DNA from: Rhabdothermincola salaria
Lineage (GTDB): Bacteria > Actinomycetota > Acidimicrobiia > Acidimicrobiales > Acidimicrobilacustridaceae
Assembly (NCBI RefSeq): GCF_021246445.1
Contig: NZ_JAJQXW010000001.1
Span: forward strand, 1,506,168 to 1,570,167
Reading direction: 5' to 3'
DNA: 64,000 bases
The notes beneath the pieces were generated by a model. The model did no database searches, was not told the DNA's origin, and worked only from the letters and a program-made list of their open reading frames with translations. Below are positions 40,620-48,811 of the stretch, piece by piece; position 1 is the first letter of the stretch, and the number at the start of each line of letters is the position of its first letter. The position numbers and the translations under genes were made by a program.

Positions 40620-41402
40620 ATGAGCTTCCGACGACGAGCAGACGAGGTCGACGCCGTACTGGCCGGGACCGCCGACGAGCGTTTGACCGAGGCCGTCGCC
40701 GCCATTCGGACCTCTTTCGCCGATGCCGGTTCCCCGGCGCTGCCGGCCGGCCCGGAACTGGCCGACGTCCTCCTCTCGGGGATCGACACCCCAGCTGCTC
40801 CATCCCCGGCGCCGCTTCCCGGGCCGGGGTCGGAGACGGCGAAGAAGACGGGTACCACGGTCCGCAGCCACCGATCGCGCCGCCTGGTGGTGGCCGGCGT
40901 CCTGGCCGCGGCCCTCGCCACCGGGACCGGTCTCGCCGGGGCGCTGCCCGGACCCGTGCAGAGCGTGTTCGACCGGGCGAGTAGCGCAGTGGGCCTCGAT
41001 CGCACCCCTGCCCCGGAGCCCACGAAACCTGTGGTGCCCGGCGACGACGTGGTCGGCGACGACCCCGCCGAGGACCGGCCGTCGGTGCCATCGACCGAGG
41101 ACGCACCGGGAGCTCCGGTGCCCACCCCGCCCGGTGACGATCCCACGTCCCTGCCGCCGACCCCCGGCGTGCCGGCACCTCCGCCTCGCCCCGAGCCCAC
41201 GGTCCCGGTCGCACCACCCGTGGAACCACCAGGCCCACCGGATCGCACCCCTTCCACGCCGACACCGCCCACACCCGCTGCGCCGCCCGAACCCTCCCCA
41301 CCGCCCACGCCACCCGCAGCCCCCGAACCCCCTTCTCCCGACGCCGCCTCGACGCCGGGAGCCACCGAGCCCCCGTCGCCGACGAGGCCCGACCGACCCT
41401 GA
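40620..41402 (+). CDS. Putative single-pass anti-sigma factor with Pro-rich extracytoplasmic tail
   Basis: Short cytoplasmic N-terminus, one TM segment (LVVAGVLAAALATGTGLAG), LPGPVQ and a Pro-rich C-terminus; directly follows the ECF gene. Confidence 0.7.
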   Translation: MSFRRRADEVDAVLAGTADERLTEAVAAIRTSFADAGSPALPAGPELADVLLSGIDTPAAPSPAPLPGPGSETAKKTGTTVRSHRSRRLVVAGVLAAALATGTGLAGALPGPVQSVFDRASSAVGLDRTPAPEPTKPVVPGDDVVGDDPAEDRPSVPSTEDAPGAPVPTPPGDDPTSLPPTPGVPAPPPRPEPTVPVAPPVEPPGPPDRTPSTPTPPTPAAPPEPSPPPTPPAAPEPPSPDAASTPGATEPPSPTRPDRP

Positions 41403-41439
41403 TCTTCGGCGCCCCGGCGCCGATGACAACGAGACGGAT

Positions 41440-41527
41440 GTCTCGAACGAAAAGGCGACCGCACCGGTGACGGTACGGGAGCAACGCCCTCGGATCTGTC
41501 GCTGACAGACCTCGGGGCTACCGAGGC
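41440..41527 (+). ncRNA. c-di-GMP-I (GEMM)-like riboswitch variant, copy B
   Basis: GTCTCG..CGAAAAGGCGA-CCGCACCG-GTGA-CGGTACGG-GAGCAAC-GCCCTCGG-ATCTGTC-GCT-GACAGAC-CTCGGGGC-TACCGAGGC; ends 30 nt upstream of the ATG. Confidence 0.7.
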
Positions 41528-41557
41528 GAACAACCACCATCCACGGAGGAAACGACC

Positions 41558-42133
41558 ATGATCACCGCAGCCCTCGCAGCACTGGGCATCTCGACCAAGG
41601 TGGCCGCCGCCGCGACCGCAGGCGTCATCGCCGTCGGAGGCCTCGGCGTCGCCGGCGCCGCCATCGTCGACCGTGCCCCTGAAGAGGTGCCCGTCGTCGA
41701 AGCAGGCGACGGCGCACCAGAAACGGTCCGCCAGGATGCCGACCGCCGCCAGGACGCCGAGGCACCCGTCGACCCGACCGAGGAGGTTGCCGACGCGGCC
41801 GTCGAGCCGGTCGCCGAGGGCGACACCGAGGGCGATGGTCCGCCCGAGGACAGCTTCGGCGCCCGCGTGAGCGCCGATGCCCAGGAAGGCGGCGTCGACG
41901 GCCTCGACATCGCCGCCGAGGCACAGGCCAACGCCGCCGCTCGGGCCGAGGCACGGCAGGGTCCGCCAGCCGACCTCCCGGTCCCCCCGGCCGACGTCCC
42001 GGGCCCCCCGGCCGACGTCCCGGGCCCCCCGGCCGACATCCCGGTGCCCCCGGTGCCCCCGGTGCCCACCGACAACCTGCCGGAGACCCCGGCCGGCCCG
42101 CCGGCCGAGACGGGTCGACCCGCCCCGCGCTGA
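41558..42133 (+). CDS. Secreted/membrane-anchored low-complexity protein (paralogue B)
   Basis: GGAGG SD, TKVAAAATAGVIAVGGLGVAG N-terminus, FGARVSADAQEGGVDG motif and Pro-rich repeats. Confidence 0.82.
   Translation: MITAALAALGISTKVAAAATAGVIAVGGLGVAGAAIVDRAPEEVPVVEAGDGAPETVRQDADRRQDAEAPVDPTEEVADAAVEPVAEGDTEGDGPPEDSFGARVSADAQEGGVDGLDIAAEAQANAAARAEARQGPPADLPVPPADVPGPPADVPGPPADIPVPPVPPVPTDNLPETPAGPPAETGRPAPR
41963..42046 (+). repeat. 4 x 21-bp coding tandem repeat (PPAD[L/V/I]P[V/G])
   Basis: CCCCCGGCCGACGTCCCGGGC-type units. Confidence 0.85.
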
Positions 42134-42166
42134 TCCCGCGACGACACCACGATCATCATCAGTTTC

Positions 42167-42196
42167 GACAGGAGGCCCCGGAAGGGGCCTCCTGTC
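42167..42196. terminator. Hairpin terminator between convergent genes
   Basis: GACAGGAGGCCCC-GGAA-GGGGCCTCCTGTC, a 13-bp perfect stem. Confidence 0.8.
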
Positions 42197-43174
42197 CTAT
42201 CTCGGCAGGGTGGCCTGGCCGTACTGCCAGCTCGGCAGCTGTTCGATGCGACTCAGCACCCAGTCGTACTCGCCGGACATGACGGCCACCTTGCAGTAGC
42301 TGCACACGCCGGCGATGTCGAGGTCGAGCGGGGCCCCGCAGTTGGGGCACCGGTCGTCGAGGGTGCCGCCCTCGGGCTTGGTGACCGCCTTCGACGAGCG
42401 CTGGAAGGCCCAGTCCTCGGTCCACGGCTCGACGTTGCGTGACCCGCGCACGACCTTGCCCGGGCTGCCGTCGTCCTTGAGCTCCACGTCGTAGTCGGCG
42501 CAGCTGGCGAAGAACCGCACCGTGATGGTGTCGAAGTGCTCGTCGCTGTTGGCGGACACCAGATAGGTGTTCTGGATGGCCAGGTTGTCGAGCATGTTGC
42601 GGCGGTTGGCGGTGAGGTACTGCTCGATCTGGAAGCGGTGCTGCTGCCAGATCTGCTCGGCCATCACCCGGCGCGACAGGTCGGGCTTGCGCTCGCTCCA
42701 GGCCTGCTGGATGGCGAAGAACGCCTTGTTGACCTCGTTGACGAACAGGTTGGGGTCGAAGGCCGGGTCGTGGGCCTGGATCTGGGCGATGCCGGCCTCG
42801 AGGTCGGCCCGGGTGGTGGCGTGCTGGCGCGACGCGTCGGTGCCGGCCAGGTAGGCGCCGCTGGTGGTGGTGGCGGGCTGGGTGGGCATGCCGCCGCGGC
42901 CCCGGTGAGCGGCGATGAACACCGACCAGATGATGAAGGCGGTGAAGCCGCCGCCGAAGAGCAGGAAGAACAACAACCCGCCCCCTGCCGCACCGACGCC
43001 CGACCCGCTGGAGAAGCCACCACCGGAGAAGCCACCGCCACCGGAGAAGCCGCCACCGCCGGAGAAGCCACCGCCGCCGGAGAAGCCACCACCGGTGCCC
43101 CCACCGGCGCGGAACCACAGCGACGGCAGGTCGACCATGGCCAGGCGCGTCAGATCGAGGAGCGGTGCGAGCAC
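42197..43174 (-). CDS. Tim44-like domain membrane protein with Gly-rich N-terminus and C-terminal Zn ribbon
   Basis: RAGGG.., a TM segment, DPAFDPNLF..AFFAIQQAWS, EDWAFQR and CPNCGAP..CSYC. Start could be ATG 43138. Confidence 0.8.
   Translation of the reverse strand: MLAPLLDLTRLAMVDLPSLWFRAGGGTGGGFSGGGGFSGGGGFSGGGGFSGGGFSSGSGVGAAGGGLLFFLLFGGGFTAFIIWSVFIAAHRGRGGMPTQPATTTSGAYLAGTDASRQHATTRADLEAGIAQIQAHDPAFDPNLFVNEVNKAFFAIQQAWSERKPDLSRRVMAEQIWQQHRFQIEQYLTANRRNMLDNLAIQNTYLVSANSDEHFDTITVRFFASCADYDVELKDDGSPGKVVRGSRNVEPWTEDWAFQRSSKAVTKPEGGTLDDRCPNCGAPLDLDIAGVCSYCKVAVMSGEYDWVLSRIEQLPSWQYGQATLPR
43010..43094 (-). repeat. Coding tandem repeat GGG(G)FS x5 (mostly 18-bp period)
   Basis: GAGAAGCC recurs at 43011, 43026, 43044, 43062 and 43080. 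Confidence 0.85.
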
Positions 43175-43181
43175 GAGGTGG

Positions 43182-44396
43182 TCAGCCCTCTCCGTCGGTG
43201 TCGTCGGTCTCGGACCCGTCGCCCTCGGGAGCGGTGGTGTCCGTCGTCGGTTCCGCCCCGGCGGATGCCTCGGCGGGCGAGTCGCCTCCCGGCTCGGCCA
43301 CCGCGGTCCCGCAGTGGGCGCAGAACTTGGCGCCGGCGACGAGCTCGTTGCCGCACTCGGCGCAGAACCGGGCCTGGGCCACGGGTGTGCCGCACTGGGC
43401 GCAGAACTTCGCACCCGGCGGGGTGGCCGCCCCGCACCCGGTGCAGGCGGGCCCCGCGGCGGACGCGGCGCCACCGGCGCCGGCTCCCTGGGCGGCGAAG
43501 CCCTCGCCACCGCCGGCGAAGCCCGGAGCCGCCGGCGGCATGGGTCCCTGCCCGGGCTGGTTCATCTGGTTGGCCATGCCCATGCCCACCCCCAGGAAGG
43601 CGGCACCGGTGCCGGCCCCGCCGCCCTTGGCCATGCCCTCGCCGGCGCCGAGGAGCGCTTCGCCCTGGGCGTACTGCTGGAAGCCACCGGCCAGGCGGCT
43701 GTAGGCGGTGTCCTTGGCCAGCTTCTTGAGGGTGGCCTGGTCCTCGGCGGAGAGGTTGAGATCGAAGTTGCCCATGCGGGCGACGGCCAGGCCGTAGTCA
43801 GCGATCTGTTCGTTGGTGGCCGCGATGACAGCCTGCTCGATCTCGGGGGTGTAGGCCGAGAGCCCGAGCACCGGCCAGTTGTGCCCCACGATCTGGCGGG
43901 TGACCTCGGTGCGCATCACCTTGACCATCTGCTGCTCGACCCAGTCGGTGATGTGGTCGTTGTCGGGCACGTCGATGGTGCCGACCAGGTTGAGCACCAG
44001 CTTGGCGGGGTCGGTGACCCGGAAGCTGTACTCACCGAACACCCCGAGCGTGACGATGTTGCCGGTCTGGGGGTCCTGGACGTCGTCGATGCGGCCGCCG
44101 AAGCGCTCGCTCGTGTACTCGCGGGTGCCCACGAAGAAGAGCTCGGCCCGGTAGGCGTTGCCGTCGGTGGCCCAGTCGATGACCGCACCGAGACCCATGA
44201 TCTCGTCGGCCTCGACCCGGTGCTGGCCCGGCCCGAGCGTCCCGACGACCTCGCCCTTGTTCACGAAGAGGGCCAGCATGTCGGGCTCGACGATCAGGCG
44301 GCTGCCCTTGCGCAGGTTGATGTCAGGCCACTTGAAGAGGACCTGATCCTTCTTGTCGTCGGGGACGGCGATGAAGACCCGGCCGAGTATCGCCAC
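43182..44396 (-). CDS. SPFH (YdjI-like) domain protein with C-terminal double zinc ribbon
   Basis: KWPD..GSRLIV..ALFVNKG..GPG.H and FGEYSFRVTDP; CTGC/CAQC/CAEC/CAHC pairs; GAGG SD. Confidence 0.85.
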   Translation of the reverse strand: MAILGRVFIAVPDDKKDQVLFKWPDINLRKGSRLIVEPDMLALFVNKGEVVGTLGPGQHRVEADEIMGLGAVIDWATDGNAYRAELFFVGTREYTSERFGGRIDDVQDPQTGNIVTLGVFGEYSFRVTDPAKLVLNLVGTIDVPDNDHITDWVEQQMVKVMRTEVTRQIVGHNWPVLGLSAYTPEIEQAVIAATNEQIADYGLAVARMGNFDLNLSAEDQATLKKLAKDTAYSRLAGGFQQYAQGEALLGAGEGMAKGGGAGTGAAFLGVGMGMANQMNQPGQGPMPPAAPGFAGGGEGFAAQGAGAGGAASAAGPACTGCGAATPPGAKFCAQCGTPVAQARFCAECGNELVAGAKFCAHCGTAVAEPGGDSPAEASAGAEPTTDTTAPEGDGSETDDTDGEG

Positions 44397-44544
44397 AGAC
44401 ACCACCTCACAGGAACGACACGCCCGGACGGGCGGGTCCGGTGCCCAGGGTACTTCCCGACCCCACCCACCCGCGGGTGCTTCGCCGAGAGCCTCCGTCG
44501 GGGTGACCTCGGAGTCCCCGGAGGGCCCCGGTAGATTCGCCGGT

Positions 44545-46113
44545 GTGACGACAGGTGGCCCCCCTCCTCTCCCCGCGCCCTTCGACCCCGGTCGCCGGCG
44601 CTTCCTGGTGCTCGGCGGCACGGCCGCCCTGGCGGCCGCCGTGGCCGCCACCGGCTGCAGTCCCTTCGGGGGCGACGAGTCGAGCACCACGGTGAGCGTG
44701 ACCGAACCGATCCGCCCGATCCCACCGTCGATGCCCGGGGCCGAGCCGCCCCCTCCGGCCGGGTTCGTCTTCGACACGGTCATCAAGGGTGGACGGGTCA
44801 TCGACCCCGACTCGGGCTTCGACACCATCGCCGACGTCGGGATCACGGGAGACCGCATCACCTCGATCTCCCTCGAGCCCCTGCAGGGCACCACCACCCT
44901 CGACGCCACCGGCAAGGTGGTCGCCCCGGGCTTCGTCGACCTGCTCTCCTACGAGCCCAACTCCTTCGGCACCTGGTACAAGATCGGCGACGGGGTCACC
45001 ACCAACCTCGGGATGCACGGCATCAAGGCCCCCACCGACGCCGGCCAGTTCTTCGCGCAGTACGGGGGCACCAGCCCGGTGCACTTCGGCGGCGCCTTCT
45101 CCGACCAGTGGTTCCGCGAGACCATCGGCATCTACGACACGGCCAGCGCATCGCAGCTCTCACGCCTGCGCGATGCCCTCGACCAGCAGATCGACGCCGG
45201 CTTCATCGGGGTGGCCATCGACCCGGAGTACGCCCCCTACATCGACTTCGCCGAGTACGTCGCCCTGGGCGAGGTGGCCCGCGACGCGGGCGTGCCGCTG
45301 TTCACCCACATCCGCTACTCCAGCCCGGACCCGCCCGAAGCCAACTCCATCTCGGCCATCGAGGAGGTCATCCGCGTCGCCGAGCAGTCCGGCGTGTCGC
45401 TCCACGTCGACCACATCCCGTCGATGGCCACGCACGTCATGAGCGAGGCCATGTCCCTGCTCGACGACGCCCGCGGGCAGGGCCTCGACGTGACCGGCTG
45501 CTTCTACCCCTACACGTACTGGGGCACCTACCTCGGCTCGGCCCGCTTCAACGGCGACTGGCAGTCCCGCTTCCGGATCACCTACGAGGACCTGCAGGTC
45601 GCCGGCACCTCCGAGCGGGTCACCGCCCAGACCTTCGGCACGTACCAGGCCCAGAACAAGCTGGTCGTCGCCTACGCCATGCCCCAGGCGGACATCAACG
45701 CCGCCGCGTCGGCCTCGTGGACCATGGTCGGCTCGGACTCCATCCCCGAGCCCGCCGACAACAACCACCCGCGAGGGGCGGGCTGCTTCGCCCGCCTGGT
45801 GGGCCCGTACGTCCGAGAGCTGGGGGTGCTGTCGCTCAACGACGCCATCGCCAAGGCCACCATCATCCCCACCAAGCGGGTCGAGAAGGTCGTCCCCCTC
45901 ATGCAGCGCAAGGGCCGCCTCCAGATGGGGGCCGACGCCGACATCACCGTCTTCGACCCAGCCACGGTCGCCGACAGGTCCACCGTCGAGGATCCGTCGA
46001 TCATGTCGGCGGGCATCGAGCAGGTCCTCGTCATGGGCGGCCTGGTCAAGAACGGCGACCAGCTCGACACGTCGCTGCTGAACGGCCAGGGCATCAAAGG
46101 CGAGCCCCTGTAG
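44545..46113 (+). CDS. Tat-exported lipoprotein amidohydrolase (D-aminoacylase/dihydroorotase-like, atypical metal motif)
   Basis: RRRFL twin-Arg signal plus TGC lipobox; IKGGRVIDP, PGFVD, GSD, HPRGAG and KGRLQMGADADITVFD. Confidence 0.82.
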   Translation: MTTGGPPPLPAPFDPGRRRFLVLGGTAALAAAVAATGCSPFGGDESSTTVSVTEPIRPIPPSMPGAEPPPPAGFVFDTVIKGGRVIDPDSGFDTIADVGITGDRITSISLEPLQGTTTLDATGKVVAPGFVDLLSYEPNSFGTWYKIGDGVTTNLGMHGIKAPTDAGQFFAQYGGTSPVHFGGAFSDQWFRETIGIYDTASASQLSRLRDALDQQIDAGFIGVAIDPEYAPYIDFAEYVALGEVARDAGVPLFTHIRYSSPDPPEANSISAIEEVIRVAEQSGVSLHVDHIPSMATHVMSEAMSLLDDARGQGLDVTGCFYPYTYWGTYLGSARFNGDWQSRFRITYEDLQVAGTSERVTAQTFGTYQAQNKLVVAYAMPQADINAAASASWTMVGSDSIPEPADNNHPRGAGCFARLVGPYVRELGVLSLNDAIAKATIIPTKRVEKVVPLMQRKGRLQMGADADITVFDPATVADRSTVEDPSIMSAGIEQVLVMGGLVKNGDQLDTSLLNGQGIKGEPL

Positions 46114-46215
46114 GCACGGGCCGGGATCCGGGCCGGACGACGGCGCACCGGCCCGGCACGCGAGGGCGAGGGAGGGGGCGGCGCAGGCCCGGTCGGGTGC
46201 CGTTAGGGTCCGCGG

Positions 46216-47289
46216 ATGGCGAGGGTCACCCGGGAGGCCTCGGTGCAGCGGCGGCGCCAGCTGCACGCGGCCACCGTCGCCGAGCTGGCCCGGACCGGCG
46301 TCCACGACCTGGCGCTGACGACCGTCGCCGATCGTTGCGGGGTCACCACCACCACGATCTACCGGCGCCATCCCACCCGCGACGACCTCCTCGACACGGT
46401 GATGAGCGAGGTCCTCGCGCCCCCCGTCGGTGACTGGCTCGACCGCCTCGCCGAGGGCCTCGCCGAGGGCCTCGACACCCACCGCCGCCCACCCCGAGCC
46501 CCCGACGCGACGGTCGTGGCCGCCTGGTGCCAGCTCTGCGTGGCCGCCGCCTGGCCGAGCCCGCTCAGCGCCGGCATGCGCTCGGTCGTGTCCCCGGCCG
46601 ACCGCACCCTCGGCGGCGCCGACCGCGACCGGCCGGCCGCGGCGGCCCTGCTCGTCGGCTCGTGGCTCCTGGCCCTCGGCCTCCACCGCCGCCCGCCGCC
46701 GCTGACCCACCAGCTCCGGGCCGCGGGCCATCACCTCTCGAGCACCCGCTCCGTCTCCGCGTCGGGCACCGGGCAGCCCGACGCCCTGCACCATCGCCCC
46801 ACCTCCGCGCCGGCGGCGACCTCGGGCCCGCTCCTCGACGAGCGCGGTCGCCGGCTCCTGCTGGCCACGGCCGAGGCGATCGACCGGGTCGGCTACGAGA
46901 ACGTGTCCGTGAACGCCATCGCCCGGCGCGCCGGCACGTCCACCGGGGCGCTGTACAACCGCTTCTCCGGCAAGGCCGGCCTGCTCGCCGCCTGCCTGTC
47001 GGCGCCGAGCCCCGTCGGGTCCGAGCGGTGGGGGCCGCAGGTCGAGGCCCTCCGCCTCGGCCCCTCGCTCGACCCCGAGGTCACCACGGCCGTCGACGCC
47101 GTGATCGGGCGGCCGCTGCGGGCCCGGGCCCGGGCCCTGGGGGCGATGCGTCGAGACGACCCCACGGCGTTCCCCGCCGACATCCGACCCGCAGCCGCGG
47201 CCTGGGTGGCCGTGGCCCTCCCCCTCGGGCGCTGGGTCGTACAACGGGTTCTCGTCCCACCCGTCGCCTCGCCCCCGGTGCGTTCGTGA
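46216..47289 (+). CDS. Regulator with two TetR HTH domains
   Basis: VADRCGVTTTTIYRRHPTRDDL and IARRAGTSTGALYNRFSGKAGL. Confidence 0.75.
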   Translation: MARVTREASVQRRRQLHAATVAELARTGVHDLALTTVADRCGVTTTTIYRRHPTRDDLLDTVMSEVLAPPVGDWLDRLAEGLAEGLDTHRRPPRAPDATVVAAWCQLCVAAAWPSPLSAGMRSVVSPADRTLGGADRDRPAAAALLVGSWLLALGLHRRPPPLTHQLRAAGHHLSSTRSVSASGTGQPDALHHRPTSAPAATSGPLLDERGRRLLLATAEAIDRVGYENVSVNAIARRAGTSTGALYNRFSGKAGLLAACLSAPSPVGSERWGPQVEALRLGPSLDPEVTTAVDAVIGRPLRARARALGAMRRDDPTAFPADIRPAAAAWVAVALPLGRWVVQRVLVPPVASPPVRS

Positions 47290-47344
47290 GCGCCGGCTCT
47301 ACCCGCCGGTAACCTCGCCGGGCCGACGACGACGGAGGGGCGCG

Positions 47345-48772
47345 GTGGACGAGCTGGCACAGATGGACGCGTGGGGTCAGGCCGACCTGGTCAGGAGGGG
47401 CGAGGTCACGCCGAGCGAGCTGGTCGACGCCGCCATCGCCCGCATCGAGGCGGTCGACCCGGCCCTCAACGCGGTCATCCACCGACGCTTCGACGCAGCC
47501 CGGGCCGAGGCGGCCGGCCCGCTCCCCGACGGACCGCTGCGCGGGGTGCCCTTCCTGGTCAAGGACCTCGACCTGCACATCGCCGGCGAGCCGCTGCACT
47601 GCGGGACCCGCTTCCTCGCCGACGCCGGCTCCACCAGCGCCACCGACGACACGCTGACCGAGCGCTTCCGGGCGGCCGGGCTCGTGATCCTCGGCCGCAC
47701 CAACACCCCCGAGTTCGGCACCACCATCACCACCGAACCAGTGGCCGCCGGGCCCACCCGCAACCCATGGAACACCGAGCACTCCACCGGGGGCTCGTCG
47801 GGAGGGAGCGGCGCGGCGGTGGCCTCGATGATGGTGCCGGCCGCCCACGCCAGCGACGGGGGCGGATCCATCCGCATCCCGGCCAGCGAGTGCGGCCTCG
47901 TCGGCCTCAAGCCGACCCGAGGTCGCACCCCCCTCGGACCTCGCTACGCCGAGCACTGGAACGGTGCCGTCATCAACGGCGTCGTCACCCGCAGCGTGCG
48001 GGACACCGCGCTGTTCCTCGACGTCATGAGCGGCCCGGCCCCGGGCGACCCCTTCGTGACCCCACCTCCCGCCCGCCCCTACGTCCAGCAGGTCGGGGCC
48101 GATCCCGGCATCGTGCGCATCGGCCTGCTCGACCGTCCGGCGCAGTCCGACGTGGTCGCCGATCCTGTGGTCGGCGAGACCCTCCGCGCCGTCGGGGGCC
48201 TCCTCGAGAACCTCGGCCACCGGGTCGAGGCGAGCCACCCCGAGGCCATGGGCGACCCGGACTTCTCCCGGCACTTCATCACCATCATGGCGGCGAACCT
48301 GCGAGCCGACCTCGACGAGTGGGAGACCACCCTCGGACGCACCATCGGCGGCGACGAGCTGGAGCCGGCCAACGCCATGTTCGCGGCGATCGGCGGGGCC
48401 ACCAGCGCCGCCGACCACCTGGCCGCCACCCGCTGGCAGCACCGGTGGGCCCGCCGCATGGCCGAGTGGTGGGACGGCGGGTTCGACCTGTTGTGCTGCC
48501 CCGTCATCAACGGCACCCCTCCCCCGCTGGGATGGCTGTCGGATCCCGAGAAGGGCCTCGACCGGGTCACCGAGCTCATGCAGTACACCGCGCAGTTCAA
48601 CGTGACCGGCCAACCCGCCATCTCGCTGCCGCTGGCCTGGACCGACGACGGCCTGCCCATCGGGATCCAGCTGGTGGCGGCCTTCGGCCGCGAGGACCTG
48701 CTGGTGCGCGTCGCATCGGAGTTGCAGGGGGCCCAGGACTGGACCCTCCGCCTCCCACCGGTGCACGCCTGA
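47345..48772 (+). CDS. Amidase (amidase-signature family)
   Basis: [31 protein letters not shown] and [12 protein letters not shown] motifs. Confidence 0.93.
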   Translation: MDELAQMDAWGQADLVRRGEVTPSELVDAAIARIEAVDPALNAVIHRRFDAARAEAAGPLPDGPLRGVPFLVKDLDLHIAGEPLHCGTRFLADAGSTSATDDTLTERFRAAGLVILGRTNTPEFGTTITTEPVAAGPTRNPWNTEHSTGGSSGGSGAAVASMMVPAAHASDGGGSIRIPASECGLVGLKPTRGRTPLGPRYAEHWNGAVINGVVTRSVRDTALFLDVMSGPAPGDPFVTPPPARPYVQQVGADPGIVRIGLLDRPAQSDVVADPVVGETLRAVGGLLENLGHRVEASHPEAMGDPDFSRHFITIMAANLRADLDEWETTLGRTIGGDELEPANAMFAAIGGATSAADHLAATRWQHRWARRMAEWWDGGFDLLCCPVINGTPPPLGWLSDPEKGLDRVTELMQYTAQFNVTGQPAISLPLAWTDDGLPIGIQLVAAFGREDLLVRVASELQGAQDWTLRLPPVHA

Positions 48773-48811
48773 GCAGCGGCCCCACGGCCCGCAGCCCGGC
48801 CCGATCGAGGC

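Noticed and set aside
41963..43094. Short tandem repeats as a CRISPR array
   Set aside because: They are in-frame coding repeats without unique spacers, and there are no cas genes.
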